From positions 1 through 61,210 of the IMG/VR virus record IMGVR_UViG_3300037247_000367: a DNA stretch of 61,210 nt; one strand, given 5' to 3'. The translations under genes and the position numbers were made by a program. This DNA comes from a virus (lineage: Duplodnaviria; Caudoviricetes). Positions 28,737 to 37,947 of this stretch are shown here, piece after piece (position 1 is the first letter of the stretch; each line of letters opens with the position of its first letter). Below the pieces are notes generated by a model. It saw only the letters and a list, made by a program, of their open reading frames with translations. It ran no database searches and had not been told where the DNA came from.

Positions 28737-29374
28737 AAATTCTAATCACAGGAGCGACAGGAGCATTTGGCAGTGAATTAGCTAAAGCATTTAAAGGGCA
28801 CGATCTTATCTTGCACGGAAGGAATAAAGATAAATTCCCAAATGTGAAAGCTGGAAAAATAAGCGGAGATATTAATGACCAATTAACCAGAATTAACATA
28901 ATAGGTCAATGTGAAGACATTGATGTATTTATAAATAATGCTGCGGTGTTTCAAAATTGCCCGTTAGATGAATTAAACATTTTGGATATTGAAACTATAA
29001 TCGAAACCAATTTAACATCTCCTATTATTTTATTAAAAGAAGTCATTGAGATATTCAAAAAAAGGGGTAGTGGGACGATAATAAACATCAACTCTGTGGC
29101 TGGCAAGATGGGTAATGCAATGGAAGCTGTTTATTGTGCAACTAAATACGGAATGAAAGGGTTTATGGATTCGGTAAGGTTTGATTGTATTCAAAAAGGA
29201 GTGAGAGTAATAGAGTTGTTTCCCGGAGCGATGAGTACAGGCATGGCAGCGTATAGAGAGGATTCGGAAAACTTCACCGATGCAAAAGAATTGGCGGAAT
29301 TTGTTACACATATAGTAGATACAAAAACATTTTTCCCGACAGGGATAGAAATACACAGAGCGATTTATGAATAA
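28733..29374 (+). CDS. Classical short-chain dehydrogenase/reductase
   Basis: TGATGAFG, NNAA, NS, YCATK, PG. Confidence 0.92.
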   Translation: MKILITGATGAFGSELAKAFKGHDLILHGRNKDKFPNVKAGKISGDINDQLTRINIIGQCEDIDVFINNAAVFQNCPLDELNILDIETIIETNLTSPIILLKEVIEIFKKRGSGTIININSVAGKMGNAMEAVYCATKYGMKGFMDSVRFDCIQKGVRVIELFPGAMSTGMAAYREDSENFTDAKELAEFVTHIVDTKTFFPTGIEIHRAIYE

Positions 29375-30086
29375 GCGAAGCAAACAGGTACGAAGGGATG
29401 CGATAAAGCTATCTAAAGCCAACGGTGGGTATCATTGGGGCGGTAGTTTCTCATGTGCAGAAATACTTATTAGCTTGTATGATGAAGTTCTAACCGATGA
29501 TGATGTGTTTATTCTAAGCAAGGGACACGGCTGTTGGTGTTACTACGTCTTATTACGTGAAAAAGGGTTTAATCCTGTACTTGAAGGGCATCCAAGCTAC
29601 GATCCTGTAAATGGAGTACACGCAACTACCGGGAGCATGGGACATGGTTTTCCTTTTGGGATAGGGATAGCATTGGCAAAAAAGATGAAAGGAGAACCCG
29701 GAAAGGTTTATGTTCTAATGGGTGATGGAGAATGCCAAGAGGGTACTACATGGGAATCGTTGTTATTAGCGGTAAAGTTAGACCTTAAGAATTTAGTTGT
29801 CATTATTGATAACAACAAGATACAAGGTTCGGGATTTACGGATGATATAAATTCTATTCAAAGCATTTATAAAGTAGCTGAAAATATTGGATGGGAAACA
29901 TTTGGTATAGATGGACAAACTTATATGTTTGAATTTTTACCCCGCCAATCCAAGCAACCCATATTTATTATAGCCAACACAGTAAAGGGCAAAGGCGTAT
30001 CATTCATGGAAAACAAACCTGAATGGCATTCTAAATGGCTAACAGATGAAATGGAACAAAAAGCACTAAAGGAATTATGCGAGTAG
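29367..30086 (+). CDS. Transketolase-like ThDP enzyme, N-terminal (PP) subunit
   Basis: LSKGH, GHP, TGSMGHG, GDGE...NN, TVKGKG...WH. Confidence 0.93.
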   Translation: MNKRSKQVRRDAIKLSKANGGYHWGGSFSCAEILISLYDEVLTDDDVFILSKGHGCWCYYVLLREKGFNPVLEGHPSYDPVNGVHATTGSMGHGFPFGIGIALAKKMKGEPGKVYVLMGDGECQEGTTWESLLLAVKLDLKNLVVIIDNNKIQGSGFTDDINSIQSIYKVAENIGWETFGIDGQTYMFEFLPRQSKQPIFIIANTVKGKGVSFMENKPEWHSKWLTDEMEQKALKELCE

Positions 30087-30565
30087 AATTTGGAAAAACA
30101 ATAGTAAGATTAGCCGAAAAGGATAGTAAAATTATTCTTATCACCGGAGATGTGGAACAGGAAATGAATGAATTTAAGAAGTTATTTCCTGACAGGTTTT
30201 TTAATATGGGCTTGTGTGAGCAGTCAATCGTTAGCATAGCCGGAGGGCTGGCATCGAGAGGGTTTAAGCCCGTTGTGTATTCGATAACCCCTTTTCTTAT
30301 CGAGAGGGCATTTGAGCAGATTAAAATAGACATTGATTACAATAATTTGCCTGTTATGTTAATCGGTTACAGCGATTACCCTACGCATGGGATAACACAC
30401 AGACCCTTAGATGCTGAAGGGCTAATAAAGATATTGCCTAATACAACAGGGTATTTCCCACGCAATGAAAAAGAAACCAGCAAGGCAATGATAGATGCTT
30501 ATTTAATGAACAAACCGGCAATTATTTGCTTAAAAAAGAATCCTAATAATGAACAATTTATATAA
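30077..30565 (+). CDS. Transketolase-like pyrimidine-binding subunit, without the C-terminal domain
   Basis: PDRFFNMGLCEQ, RAFEQIK, G.TH; only 162 aa. Confidence 0.9.
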   Translation: MRVEFGKTIVRLAEKDSKIILITGDVEQEMNEFKKLFPDRFFNMGLCEQSIVSIAGGLASRGFKPVVYSITPFLIERAFEQIKIDIDYNNLPVMLIGYSDYPTHGITHRPLDAEGLIKILPNTTGYFPRNEKETSKAMIDAYLMNKPAIICLKKNPNNEQFI

Positions 30566-31614
30566 TGAACAAATACAGCAATTATAAAATAGCATGGTTT
30601 CCTGAAAAATTACAGTCATTTAAAGCTGGTCGCATTACTGCACCTATCTTTGTAAGGATAAAGCCAACAAATAGATGTAACCACGACTGCCCGACTTGTA
30701 TATATGAACCAAGTTTTATCGGGATGCACTCTTCAATGAGCAGGAATGATGAATTATCTGAAGAAAAACTATTTGAAGTCATAAGGGATTTACATGAAAT
30801 GGAAGTGAAAGCGGTATTATGGAGTGGTGGTGGTGAGCCACTTATGCATCCTTATATTTTAAATGCCTTTAAAAAAACAAGAGAATATGGAATGCAACAG
30901 GCACTTGTTACCAACGGACACAAATTAAAAGACAAGATAATTGAAGAAGTGGCAAACTTTGATTGGATAAGAGTATCATTTGATTATTACAATAAAGAAT
31001 CTTTTATAAAAGTAAGAAAAGCCAGCGAATCAGGGTTTGATAAAATACTAAAGAACTCAAAAGAGTTTGCTAAACAAAAAAATCCTAATTGTGATTTCGG
31101 CTCAAACTTTATTGTCAGCAAAGAAAACTATATGTATATGTTTGAAATGGCTTCTATGTTAAAAGATATTGGATTTGAGAATATAAGATTTTGTCCTTTA
31201 TGGATTACAAATTTAGTGGAATATCATAGCAGAATAAAATCAGATGTTTTAACCCAAATTAATAAATGCAGGGAAAGACTTGAAGATGATAATTTTAAAG
31301 TTTATGACAGTTATAATACCGACCCCTCATTTCAGTATTCATCATATAAGAAGTGTTATGTGATGCAGACCGTTCCGGTAATTGCTGCTGATTATAATGT
31401 ATATGCCTGCCATAACAAGGCGTATGACCATAGAGGGCTGATAGGGTCTATAAAAGATCAAAGTTTTAAGGAGTTATGGTTCAGCGAAGATGCTAAAGAA
31501 AGATTTGAAACGCTTAATCCTTTAACAGCTTGTAACGGACATCAATGTTCAAGCAATAAAAGGAATATTCTAATAACGGACATCATGGATGCTGGGGGTA
31601 TAAATTTTATATAA
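30565..31614 (+). CDS. Radical SAM protein with SPASM/twitch domain
   Basis: CNHDCPTC, SGGGEP, TNG; C-terminal C...VYAC...IGSI...F.ELW...C...C. Confidence 0.93.
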   Translation: MNKYSNYKIAWFPEKLQSFKAGRITAPIFVRIKPTNRCNHDCPTCIYEPSFIGMHSSMSRNDELSEEKLFEVIRDLHEMEVKAVLWSGGGEPLMHPYILNAFKKTREYGMQQALVTNGHKLKDKIIEEVANFDWIRVSFDYYNKESFIKVRKASESGFDKILKNSKEFAKQKNPNCDFGSNFIVSKENYMYMFEMASMLKDIGFENIRFCPLWITNLVEYHSRIKSDVLTQINKCRERLEDDNFKVYDSYNTDPSFQYSSYKKCYVMQTVPVIAADYNVYACHNKAYDHRGLIGSIKDQSFKELWFSEDAKERFETLNPLTACNGHQCSSNKRNILITDIMDAGGINFI

Positions 31615-32201
31615 TGGAGTGCTGGCACGAAAACATATATCAGGCAATGATTGATGCGGCTAATAAAAGACCGCTATTATCTACTTATCAGGGTAAGCTA
31701 TTAAAGTCAATGATTGATAGTGTTGAATATGAAACTTGTTTAGATATTGGTTGCGGTACAGGACAAGTAAGTCAATTAATAAAAGGTATATATCATGGTG
31801 CAGATTTGTTTAATATCATTGCTAATGTAGCTGAAAAATCAGGATTTAAACAAATATATTTAGGAATTAATGTGGAAAAATATGATATGATATTTGTAAA
31901 TAGTTACGATCTTGTTATTATGAGTGCCTTTGTTGATGTTATGGAAAAGCCCTTAGAAAAGTTAGAAAGCATTTTAAAATATTGCAGTAAATATGTTATC
32001 ATTCACCGACAGGAAATATCACAGGAGAAGCCAACGCAATCTATTAAAAATCCGTCTTATGGCGGATGGACATGGCACTCAATAATCAACCGTAAAGATT
32101 TTGATAAAGCGATAAAGGGCTTTGAAATTCTAAAATTAACAACTTGTAAATACGAAAATTGGGAGGATGGGGGTACAAGCGTACTGCTAAAAAGAAAATG
32201 A
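31614..32201 (+). CDS. Class I SAM methyltransferase (paralog of 24849..25580)
   Basis: LDIGCGTG, GAD, YDLV; shared P.....N..Y.GWT...IN..DF segment. Confidence 0.85.
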   Translation: MECWHENIYQAMIDAANKRPLLSTYQGKLLKSMIDSVEYETCLDIGCGTGQVSQLIKGIYHGADLFNIIANVAEKSGFKQIYLGINVEKYDMIFVNSYDLVIMSAFVDVMEKPLEKLESILKYCSKYVIIHRQEISQEKPTQSIKNPSYGGWTWHSIINRKDFDKAIKGFEILKLTTCKYENWEDGGTSVLLKRK

Positions 32202-33217
32202 TTAAATTATTTCATATACCGGATCATAAGATAGACACTTCAAAGTTCAGCAATTTGATATTTGATAAGATCGTTACTGAATTTGAACAGGCATTTGCTA
32301 AATACGTTGGTGCTGAATATGCGGTTGCGGTTAATAGCTGCACTAATGGCATCTTCTTAGCGTTGAAAAGTTTGCAAGAGAAGGTTGTCTGTACTGTTCC
32401 TACGCTTATGACAACAAGATTTTTAAGTGCTATTGAAATGGCAAATTGTGATTATGAATTTAGAGATATTCCTGAATGGGTGGGTGGGCAATATGTTTTA
32501 TGGGAACAATATCCTAAATTAGACCATAGCCCAAATCCTTTAATATTAGATTGCGCTCAAAAAGTAGAACCGAATATGTATTATCATTTAACAGATGTAG
32601 ATTACGGCTGTGATAAAGATATAATGGTATTTTCTTTTTATCCTACAAAGCCCGTAGGCGGAATACAAGGCGGAATGATAGTAAGTAATGACAAAGATCG
32701 TATTGATTGGATAAGACAAGCTGCACACTTTGGAGAAACGTTATCAGATAGCACAAATAGTTGGGAATCAACAACTGATTTTAAGGGATGGCAGATGTTC
32801 ATGGGTACTATTCCGGCTTACGTTGCTTTTGAGAACCTAAAAAAATACCCGGAGAAAAGGGCAAAACTTGACCATGTTCGTAATTATTATAACATCTATT
32901 TAGATAATGTAGTTACAAATAACTCATATCATTTATATAGAATAAGAACCCCTAACAACGATGAATTTCTAAAAAAGATGTACAGGGATGGAGTTGTTTG
33001 CGGTATTCATTATAAGCCCGCTCACTTGAATAAACTATATGGTGATATTTTTTATCCAACAATAAACTATTCCTGTGATAATGAACCATATACTCAAAGT
33101 TTACCTAACAGCGAAAAGGACGGCAGGGAGGTTGTAAGCATCCCATTTCACGAAAAACTAACCGACAAAGAGATAGACAAAATTATAAAATTATGTATTC
33201 AACACACGACCCTTTGA
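32198..33217 (+). CDS. DegT/DnrJ/EryC1/StrS PLP-dependent sugar aminotransferase
   Basis: FE..FA.YVG..YAVAVNSCT, DCAQ, FSFYPTK, GIHY.P.H, SIPFH. Confidence 0.9.
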   Translation: MIKLFHIPDHKIDTSKFSNLIFDKIVTEFEQAFAKYVGAEYAVAVNSCTNGIFLALKSLQEKVVCTVPTLMTTRFLSAIEMANCDYEFRDIPEWVGGQYVLWEQYPKLDHSPNPLILDCAQKVEPNMYYHLTDVDYGCDKDIMVFSFYPTKPVGGIQGGMIVSNDKDRIDWIRQAAHFGETLSDSTNSWESTTDFKGWQMFMGTIPAYVAFENLKKYPEKRAKLDHVRNYYNIYLDNVVTNNSYHLYRIRTPNNDEFLKKMYRDGVVCGIHYKPAHLNKLYGDIFYPTINYSCDNEPYTQSLPNSEKDGREVVSIPFHEKLTDKEIDKIIKLCIQHTTL

Positions 33218-33813
33218 GAAGGCAGGTTTTAAGAATGGATATTATCAATATACTCATTGAGAAATGTGGCTATAAAACCTATTTAGAGATTGGGGTTGCG
33301 AACAGCGATTGTTATAGATTGATAAATTGCGAACAAAAGACAGCGGTTGATCCTGAATCGTTATCAAAAGCCACATTTGAATTAACTTCAGACGAGTTTT
33401 TTAAAACCAATAAAGAATTATATCATCACAAATACGATATTATATTTATAGATGGGCTTCATCATTCAGGACAGGTATATAAAGACATTCTAAATGCTTT
33501 AAAAGTGCTTAATAAGGGCGGTACAATAGTATGCCATGATATGAACCCGCAAGGGTTTCAGCAGCAATATGTACCCCGTCAAGTCATGTGCTGGAATGGT
33601 GATTGTTGGAAGGCATGGGTTAAATTAAGAACGGAACGAAAGGATTTGGAAATGTTTGTTTTGCAATTAGATGAGGGCACGGCAATAATAAGAAAGGGCA
33701 AGCAGAAAAGATTGGTATTAAAAGAGAAAATGACCTATGATAATCTTGTTAAAAACAGGCAGGAATGGTTGAATTTGCAATCTGTTGAATACTTTTTGAA
33801 ATGGATAAAATAA
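33193..33813 (+). CDS. Methyltransf_24-like class I methyltransferase
   Basis: YLEIGV, VDP, TSDEFF, IFIDGLH, GG.IVCHD. Confidence 0.9.
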   Translation: MYSTHDPLRRQVLRMDIINILIEKCGYKTYLEIGVANSDCYRLINCEQKTAVDPESLSKATFELTSDEFFKTNKELYHHKYDIIFIDGLHHSGQVYKDILNALKVLNKGGTIVCHDMNPQGFQQQYVPRQVMCWNGDCWKAWVKLRTERKDLEMFVLQLDEGTAIIRKGKQKRLVLKEKMTYDNLVKNRQEWLNLQSVEYFLKWIK

Positions 33814-34013
33814 TTTTTTATATTTTAAATATTATTAATTGCTGTTGCGATAAAGAAGGGTATCCGTATTGGAAACAAGGAGCACGGGGCGGATGGTATC
33901 AGGTACACTGGATAGAACCAAATGAAGCATGGCAAGCCCTAATTGTTGGGGTTGTGTGTACTGTAATTTTTGTTTTATTAACTTATTGGATTGTAAGAAA
34001 ATGGATAAAGTGA
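33801..34013 (+). CDS. Small single-TM membrane protein
   Basis: C-terminal hydrophobic helix; coupled ORF. Confidence 0.5.
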   Translation: MDKIIFYILNIINCCCDKEGYPYWKQGARGGWYQVHWIEPNEAWQALIVGVVCTVIFVLLTYWIVRKWIK

Positions 34014-34645
34014 TTTACACAGCAATCATGGGCAATTACGATCAACTTAAACTGCCTCAATATATAAGCGAGGGCTGGGATTATATTTGCTTCACTGATA
34101 ACTACGATCTAAAAAACGATTTTTGGAAAATACGATACATTGATTCGAGTGAATACGGAGCAGCAAAGACCGCAAGGTGGATTAAAATTTGTCCTGAAAT
34201 ATTTTTAGATTGCGATTTGAGCGTATGGGTGGACGGAAATTTTGAGATAAAATGTTATCTGGATGCATTTATAGAGGAATATCATAAGGGTAATTTTTCT
34301 GTATCTTCTCACGGCAGGGATTGCACCTATGATGAAGCCCACGCCTGCATAACTTATGGCAAAGACAGGGATGAAATAATAAAAAGCCAAATGAAAGGGT
34401 ACAGGAATCAAGGCTTTCCTGAACATTTCGGAATGGTAGCCACAGGATTAACAATAAGAAATCACGGTATTAAAAATAATATTAAATTTGCACAGAATTG
34501 GTGGAAGGAGGTTAGGTTAGGAAGCAAAAGAGACCAGTTAAGTTTCAATTACACACTTTGGAAACACCCTATTGACATTAACATAATGGATTTTAACAGC
34601 GTAATAAACAAATATTTTATGTGGGGCAAACATTGTAACGTATGA
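34001..34645 (+). CDS. DUF616 (MUCI70/TOD1-like) glycosyltransferase
   Basis: YTAI.GNYD.L, ICFTD, WVDG, H.RDC.YDE, RDQLSFNY. Confidence 0.88.
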   Translation: MDKVIYTAIMGNYDQLKLPQYISEGWDYICFTDNYDLKNDFWKIRYIDSSEYGAAKTARWIKICPEIFLDCDLSVWVDGNFEIKCYLDAFIEEYHKGNFSVSSHGRDCTYDEAHACITYGKDRDEIIKSQMKGYRNQGFPEHFGMVATGLTIRNHGIKNNIKFAQNWWKEVRLGSKRDQLSFNYTLWKHPIDINIMDFNSVINKYFMWGKHCNV

Positions 34646-34809
34646 GATTAAAATTCAAATCTAAAATAGGAATATGTCCTTGCAGTAAACCGAAAGAGGC
34701 GTTTATAGTTAAAATGCACGATGGAAAAGAAACAGGCAGGGAAAGGATAGGCGAACCCTCGCCCGCTGTATGCCCATATTGTAATAAATATTGGAATGAA
34801 CATTAAACT

Positions 34810-35028
34810 ATGTACACCGAAAAAGAAATACAATATTTAAAAGCAACGATTAATCTATCCCGTGTTAATCCTGAATGGATAAAAGCATTTGAGTATTGGA
34901 ATAAACGAAATACAACTCAATTAAAAGTAACTTGCAGGCAATGTTATTATAAAGTATTACAATACATAATACATGAAACTAAAAAACATAACACCGGAAA
35001 TGGTAAGCCGAAACGAGGCGACAGGTAA
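34810..35028 (+). CDS. Small CxxC hypothetical protein
   Basis: WN......TCRQC. Confidence 0.5.
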   Translation: MYTEKEIQYLKATINLSRVNPEWIKAFEYWNKRNTTQLKVTCRQCYYKVLQYIIHETKKHNTGNGKPKRGDR

Positions 35029-35695
35029 ATGGTCAATTCAGGGCTTAGAAAGTGAGCCGACTTACGAAAAAATACTCTATAACTTAGAGCATCAAATACC
35101 TTTTTCGTTGAGCAGGTATGGAGATGGAGAATGGAATGCTATTTTCAACAAGGCAGGGAACAACTGTGATGGACATGAATACTTTACTGATATGGGTGCG
35201 GAATTAAAACAAGCTGTACTATCAGAACCAGAATACTTGATGGGCATTCAACCATTAACCATGTCGCATTACAGGGATAAGGTTGTAGATTTTGCAGGGG
35301 ACTTAGATATTGATTGGGTAAATTCGGATGTTCTACATGACGCAAATATCAAGGAGCAACTAAAACGATTTTTTAACGTACTAAGAGACCAGCCCGTGAT
35401 AATGATAGCACCTACCAGGTTACAAGATGTACCATTTCATTATGGCAGATTTGTAGAAGTACCTTTAAAAAATTGTTGGTTAGAAAAAAGCAGAATTGAA
35501 AAAGAGTTATTTGAGGTATTGCCACAGGTAGGATATGCGGTTTTGTTATTTTGTGCTTCAATGGCAACCAATGTAATGATACATGACCTTTATAAATACT
35601 ACGGAACGCAGGTTACGATGATAGATGCCGGCAGTATATTTGACCCATATTGCGGTTTTAATACTCGGAGATACCACGAAAAAATGAAAATATGA
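34973..35695 (+). CDS. GT-D fold (DUF1792-like) glycosyltransferase
   Basis: SRYGDGE, IDAGSIFD. Confidence 0.75.
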   Translation: MKLKNITPEMVSRNEATGKWSIQGLESEPTYEKILYNLEHQIPFSLSRYGDGEWNAIFNKAGNNCDGHEYFTDMGAELKQAVLSEPEYLMGIQPLTMSHYRDKVVDFAGDLDIDWVNSDVLHDANIKEQLKRFFNVLRDQPVIMIAPTRLQDVPFHYGRFVEVPLKNCWLEKSRIEKELFEVLPQVGYAVLLFCASMATNVMIHDLYKYYGTQVTMIDAGSIFDPYCGFNTRRYHEKMKI

Positions 35696-36189
35696 GCACC
35701 AATATTAAAGAAATAATAGACGAACTTGAAACCATTGCAGATGCTTTTACATCTGTAAATACTTTTAATTTTGGCAAGGTATCAGAGATAAATGACCAAC
35801 CCGAAAAAAGCTATCCTGCTATCTATATTAACAGCGTTATCGAAGGCAGAACAATAGAAAGGGATAGCAATTCACATTTACCAAAAATAAAAAGCTATCC
35901 TATTGAGATAATATTTTGGGATTTATATTTAACAGCAGAACAAGCCACGACAGATATTCAAAGCAAATATTCAGCTTTAGAGATAATCGCAGATAAATAT
36001 TTCGCAGAAGTCAATCGAAGGACGATAGAAGACCCTGCAAGTACAAGACAGTTTTATATTGACAACTTTGAGGATTTAACAGGAACTTACGTAACCCATG
36101 AACACACAGACGACTTAGTGGGAATACGATATAGACCAATATTTAAAGCAGACAATATTGCCTGTAATACGGGTACGTTTAATTATTAG
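35692..36189 (+). CDS. Tail terminator-like protein
   Basis: Size, YPAI motif, acidic; first gene of the tail block. Confidence 0.6.
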   Translation: MSTNIKEIIDELETIADAFTSVNTFNFGKVSEINDQPEKSYPAIYINSVIEGRTIERDSNSHLPKIKSYPIEIIFWDLYLTAEQATTDIQSKYSALEIIADKYFAEVNRRTIEDPASTRQFYIDNFEDLTGTYVTHEHTDDLVGIRYRPIFKADNIACNTGTFNY

Positions 36190-36303
36190 TCGGTAGATGT
36201 GTGGCGCATCGCTTGATTGACGAATCGAGCAGCCGGCTAATAAGCCACAAACGCCACAATACCAGCCACAAGCCACACAACGCCACGTTTTCGCCACGAA
36301 AAC
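36183..36303 (+). other. Structured intergenic element: three-way junction followed by six GCCAC repeats
   Basis: Helices 36183-94/36232-43, 36196-201/36205-10 and 36211-18/36223-30; GCCAC at 36244, 36253, 36265, 36272, 36282, 36293. Confidence 0.6.
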
Positions 36304-36310
36304 AGTTGAT

Positions 36311-36802
36311 ATGGCTATTGATTTCAACAGAATAGGACAGAAAGCTATTGACTTGCTTGGTGATTCCATCAGGGCACAAGGGCATTATTTTACAGGTAAA
36401 CTTGTAAGGGGTTTTGAGACACGATTTAAGCCCGCAGAAGTACAGATATGGGGAGATTTCTATGCTAAATTTTTGGAACGTGGAGTAAAGAGGAGTAGGA
36501 TACCATATCGCAAGGGTAAAAGAAGGGGCGGGGTATCTAAATATATACAGGCATTAATAGCTTATTTTCAAGCAAAGGGCAAGGGGTCAATGTCAAAGAA
36601 TTTAGCATTTGCCACAGCCAACACTCATGTAAAGGAAGGGATGCCAACAAGTGCGTCAAGGCGTTTTAGTTCCACAGGCAAAAGAACTGGCTTTATAGAA
36701 GAAGCATTAAAAAAAAGCGATCAGATTTTTAAAGTGGCGATTGACGAAAAGAAAAGAGAATACGAGGTTAGTATTGGCAATTTAATCAAAGCGGTAAAAT
36801 AA
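36311..36802 (+). CDS. Tail completion / neck protein (HK97 gp10-like)
   Basis: Basic protein; TG.L, YA.FLE.G, F...A pattern. Confidence 0.6.
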   Translation: MAIDFNRIGQKAIDLLGDSIRAQGHYFTGKLVRGFETRFKPAEVQIWGDFYAKFLERGVKRSRIPYRKGKRRGGVSKYIQALIAYFQAKGKGSMSKNLAFATANTHVKEGMPTSASRRFSSTGKRTGFIEEALKKSDQIFKVAIDEKKREYEVSIGNLIKAVK

Positions 36803-37947
36803 TGGCAATTACAATCACGGACACGCCTGATGCGATCAGTGCTGCTTATCGTCCTGTTATTTGGACAGCGACAAGCAATACGGGTAGTAAAGTGCGTATG
36901 ATAGCAGACGTAAAAATAGACGGCACTATTAGGGCAAACATTGATAAAGACCCACGCTTAGGAACGGCAGATACTTTTGATTTTGATGTGCAAAGTGTTC
37001 TTCAGGACTATCTCACATATAATCTTCAATCAATATCAGGTAATATTAACATAGTAGCGGGTTCAAGCGAAGTAAGTGTTTTGGTGGATTTATATGATGT
37101 AATAAGTTCAGGAGGATTGCTTTCGACAGCATGGGAAGAGGATGGTTCCGGTACTCCTGACAAAACAAGTAGCGCTATTCATGCTGTAAATGCAACGCTT
37201 CAGCATTTAGAAACGCAAGACATGGATATTTATACGGTTGACGACACAACTAAGAAATTTCTAACTAACGCACCATTAATACAAAGAATAGGCGAAAACG
37301 AAACAATACAATTACATTATGTAACAAATTTATCAAATACAAGATTCCGACTTATACAATATAATAGTGCGGGGGCATCAATAAGCGATGTGCTTTCATC
37401 AAGCATTGTTGTTACAGACAAAGCAGGAATCTTGCTTTTAGACGAAGCATCAATGCTTTCAAATGCTGTAAAGTTCGAGGTCATACTTCATCGCAATCCG
37501 GGCGATCCTCGTTCAGAAACCCGTACCTTTAATATAGATACTCAATGTTATGATAATGCGGTGAGATTAAAATGGCTTAATCCTTTGGGCGGGTTTGATA
37601 GTTATACGTTTGTTTCTAAAAAGGAGCAATCATTAAGACATCGGGCAAAGATATTTGATAAATTATTGGATTCGGATTTTAGCATAGAAGATAGGGGAGC
37701 AACTGTGATTAGTGTTGATGCAACAGATGAATTTACCATATTCAGTCAAGCCGAACCCAGAGCAACAATATTATGGTTAGCAGAATTAGATGCTAATAAA
37801 GTTAATGTATGGATTGATGACGGAACAAATTTCATTCCTATCATTATAACAAGCAGAAAGACCAAAATACTTGATACTGAAAGTGCGATTTTGCAAAAAG
37901 AAATTAAATTCAGATATGCTAATCCGAGAGAATCACAACGTAACTAA
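36802..37947 (+). CDS. Virion structural (distal tail/baseplate) protein
   Basis: S/T-rich; WLN.LGGFDSYTF motif of Bacteroidota phage tail proteins. Confidence 0.6.
   Translation: MAITITDTPDAISAAYRPVIWTATSNTGSKVRMIADVKIDGTIRANIDKDPRLGTADTFDFDVQSVLQDYLTYNLQSISGNINIVAGSSEVSVLVDLYDVISSGGLLSTAWEEDGSGTPDKTSSAIHAVNATLQHLETQDMDIYTVDDTTKKFLTNAPLIQRIGENETIQLHYVTNLSNTRFRLIQYNSAGASISDVLSSSIVVTDKAGILLLDEASMLSNAVKFEVILHRNPGDPRSETRTFNIDTQCYDNAVRLKWLNPLGGFDSYTFVSKKEQSLRHRAKIFDKLLDSDFSIEDRGATVISVDATDEFTIFSQAEPRATILWLAELDANKVNVWIDDGTNFIPIIITSRKTKILDTESAILQKEIKFRYANPRESQRN

Noticed and set aside
29367-30565. Transketolase as a pentose-phosphate auxiliary metabolic gene
   Set aside because: Short split form embedded among sugar-nucleotide enzymes; no other central-metabolism genes.
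16481-35695. Glycan cluster as serotype conversion or DNA hypermodification
   Set aside because: No GtrABC, Wzx/Wzy or acyltransferase membrane proteins, and no hydroxymethylase, TET, kinase or polymerase. Disfavoured, but not experimentally excluded.
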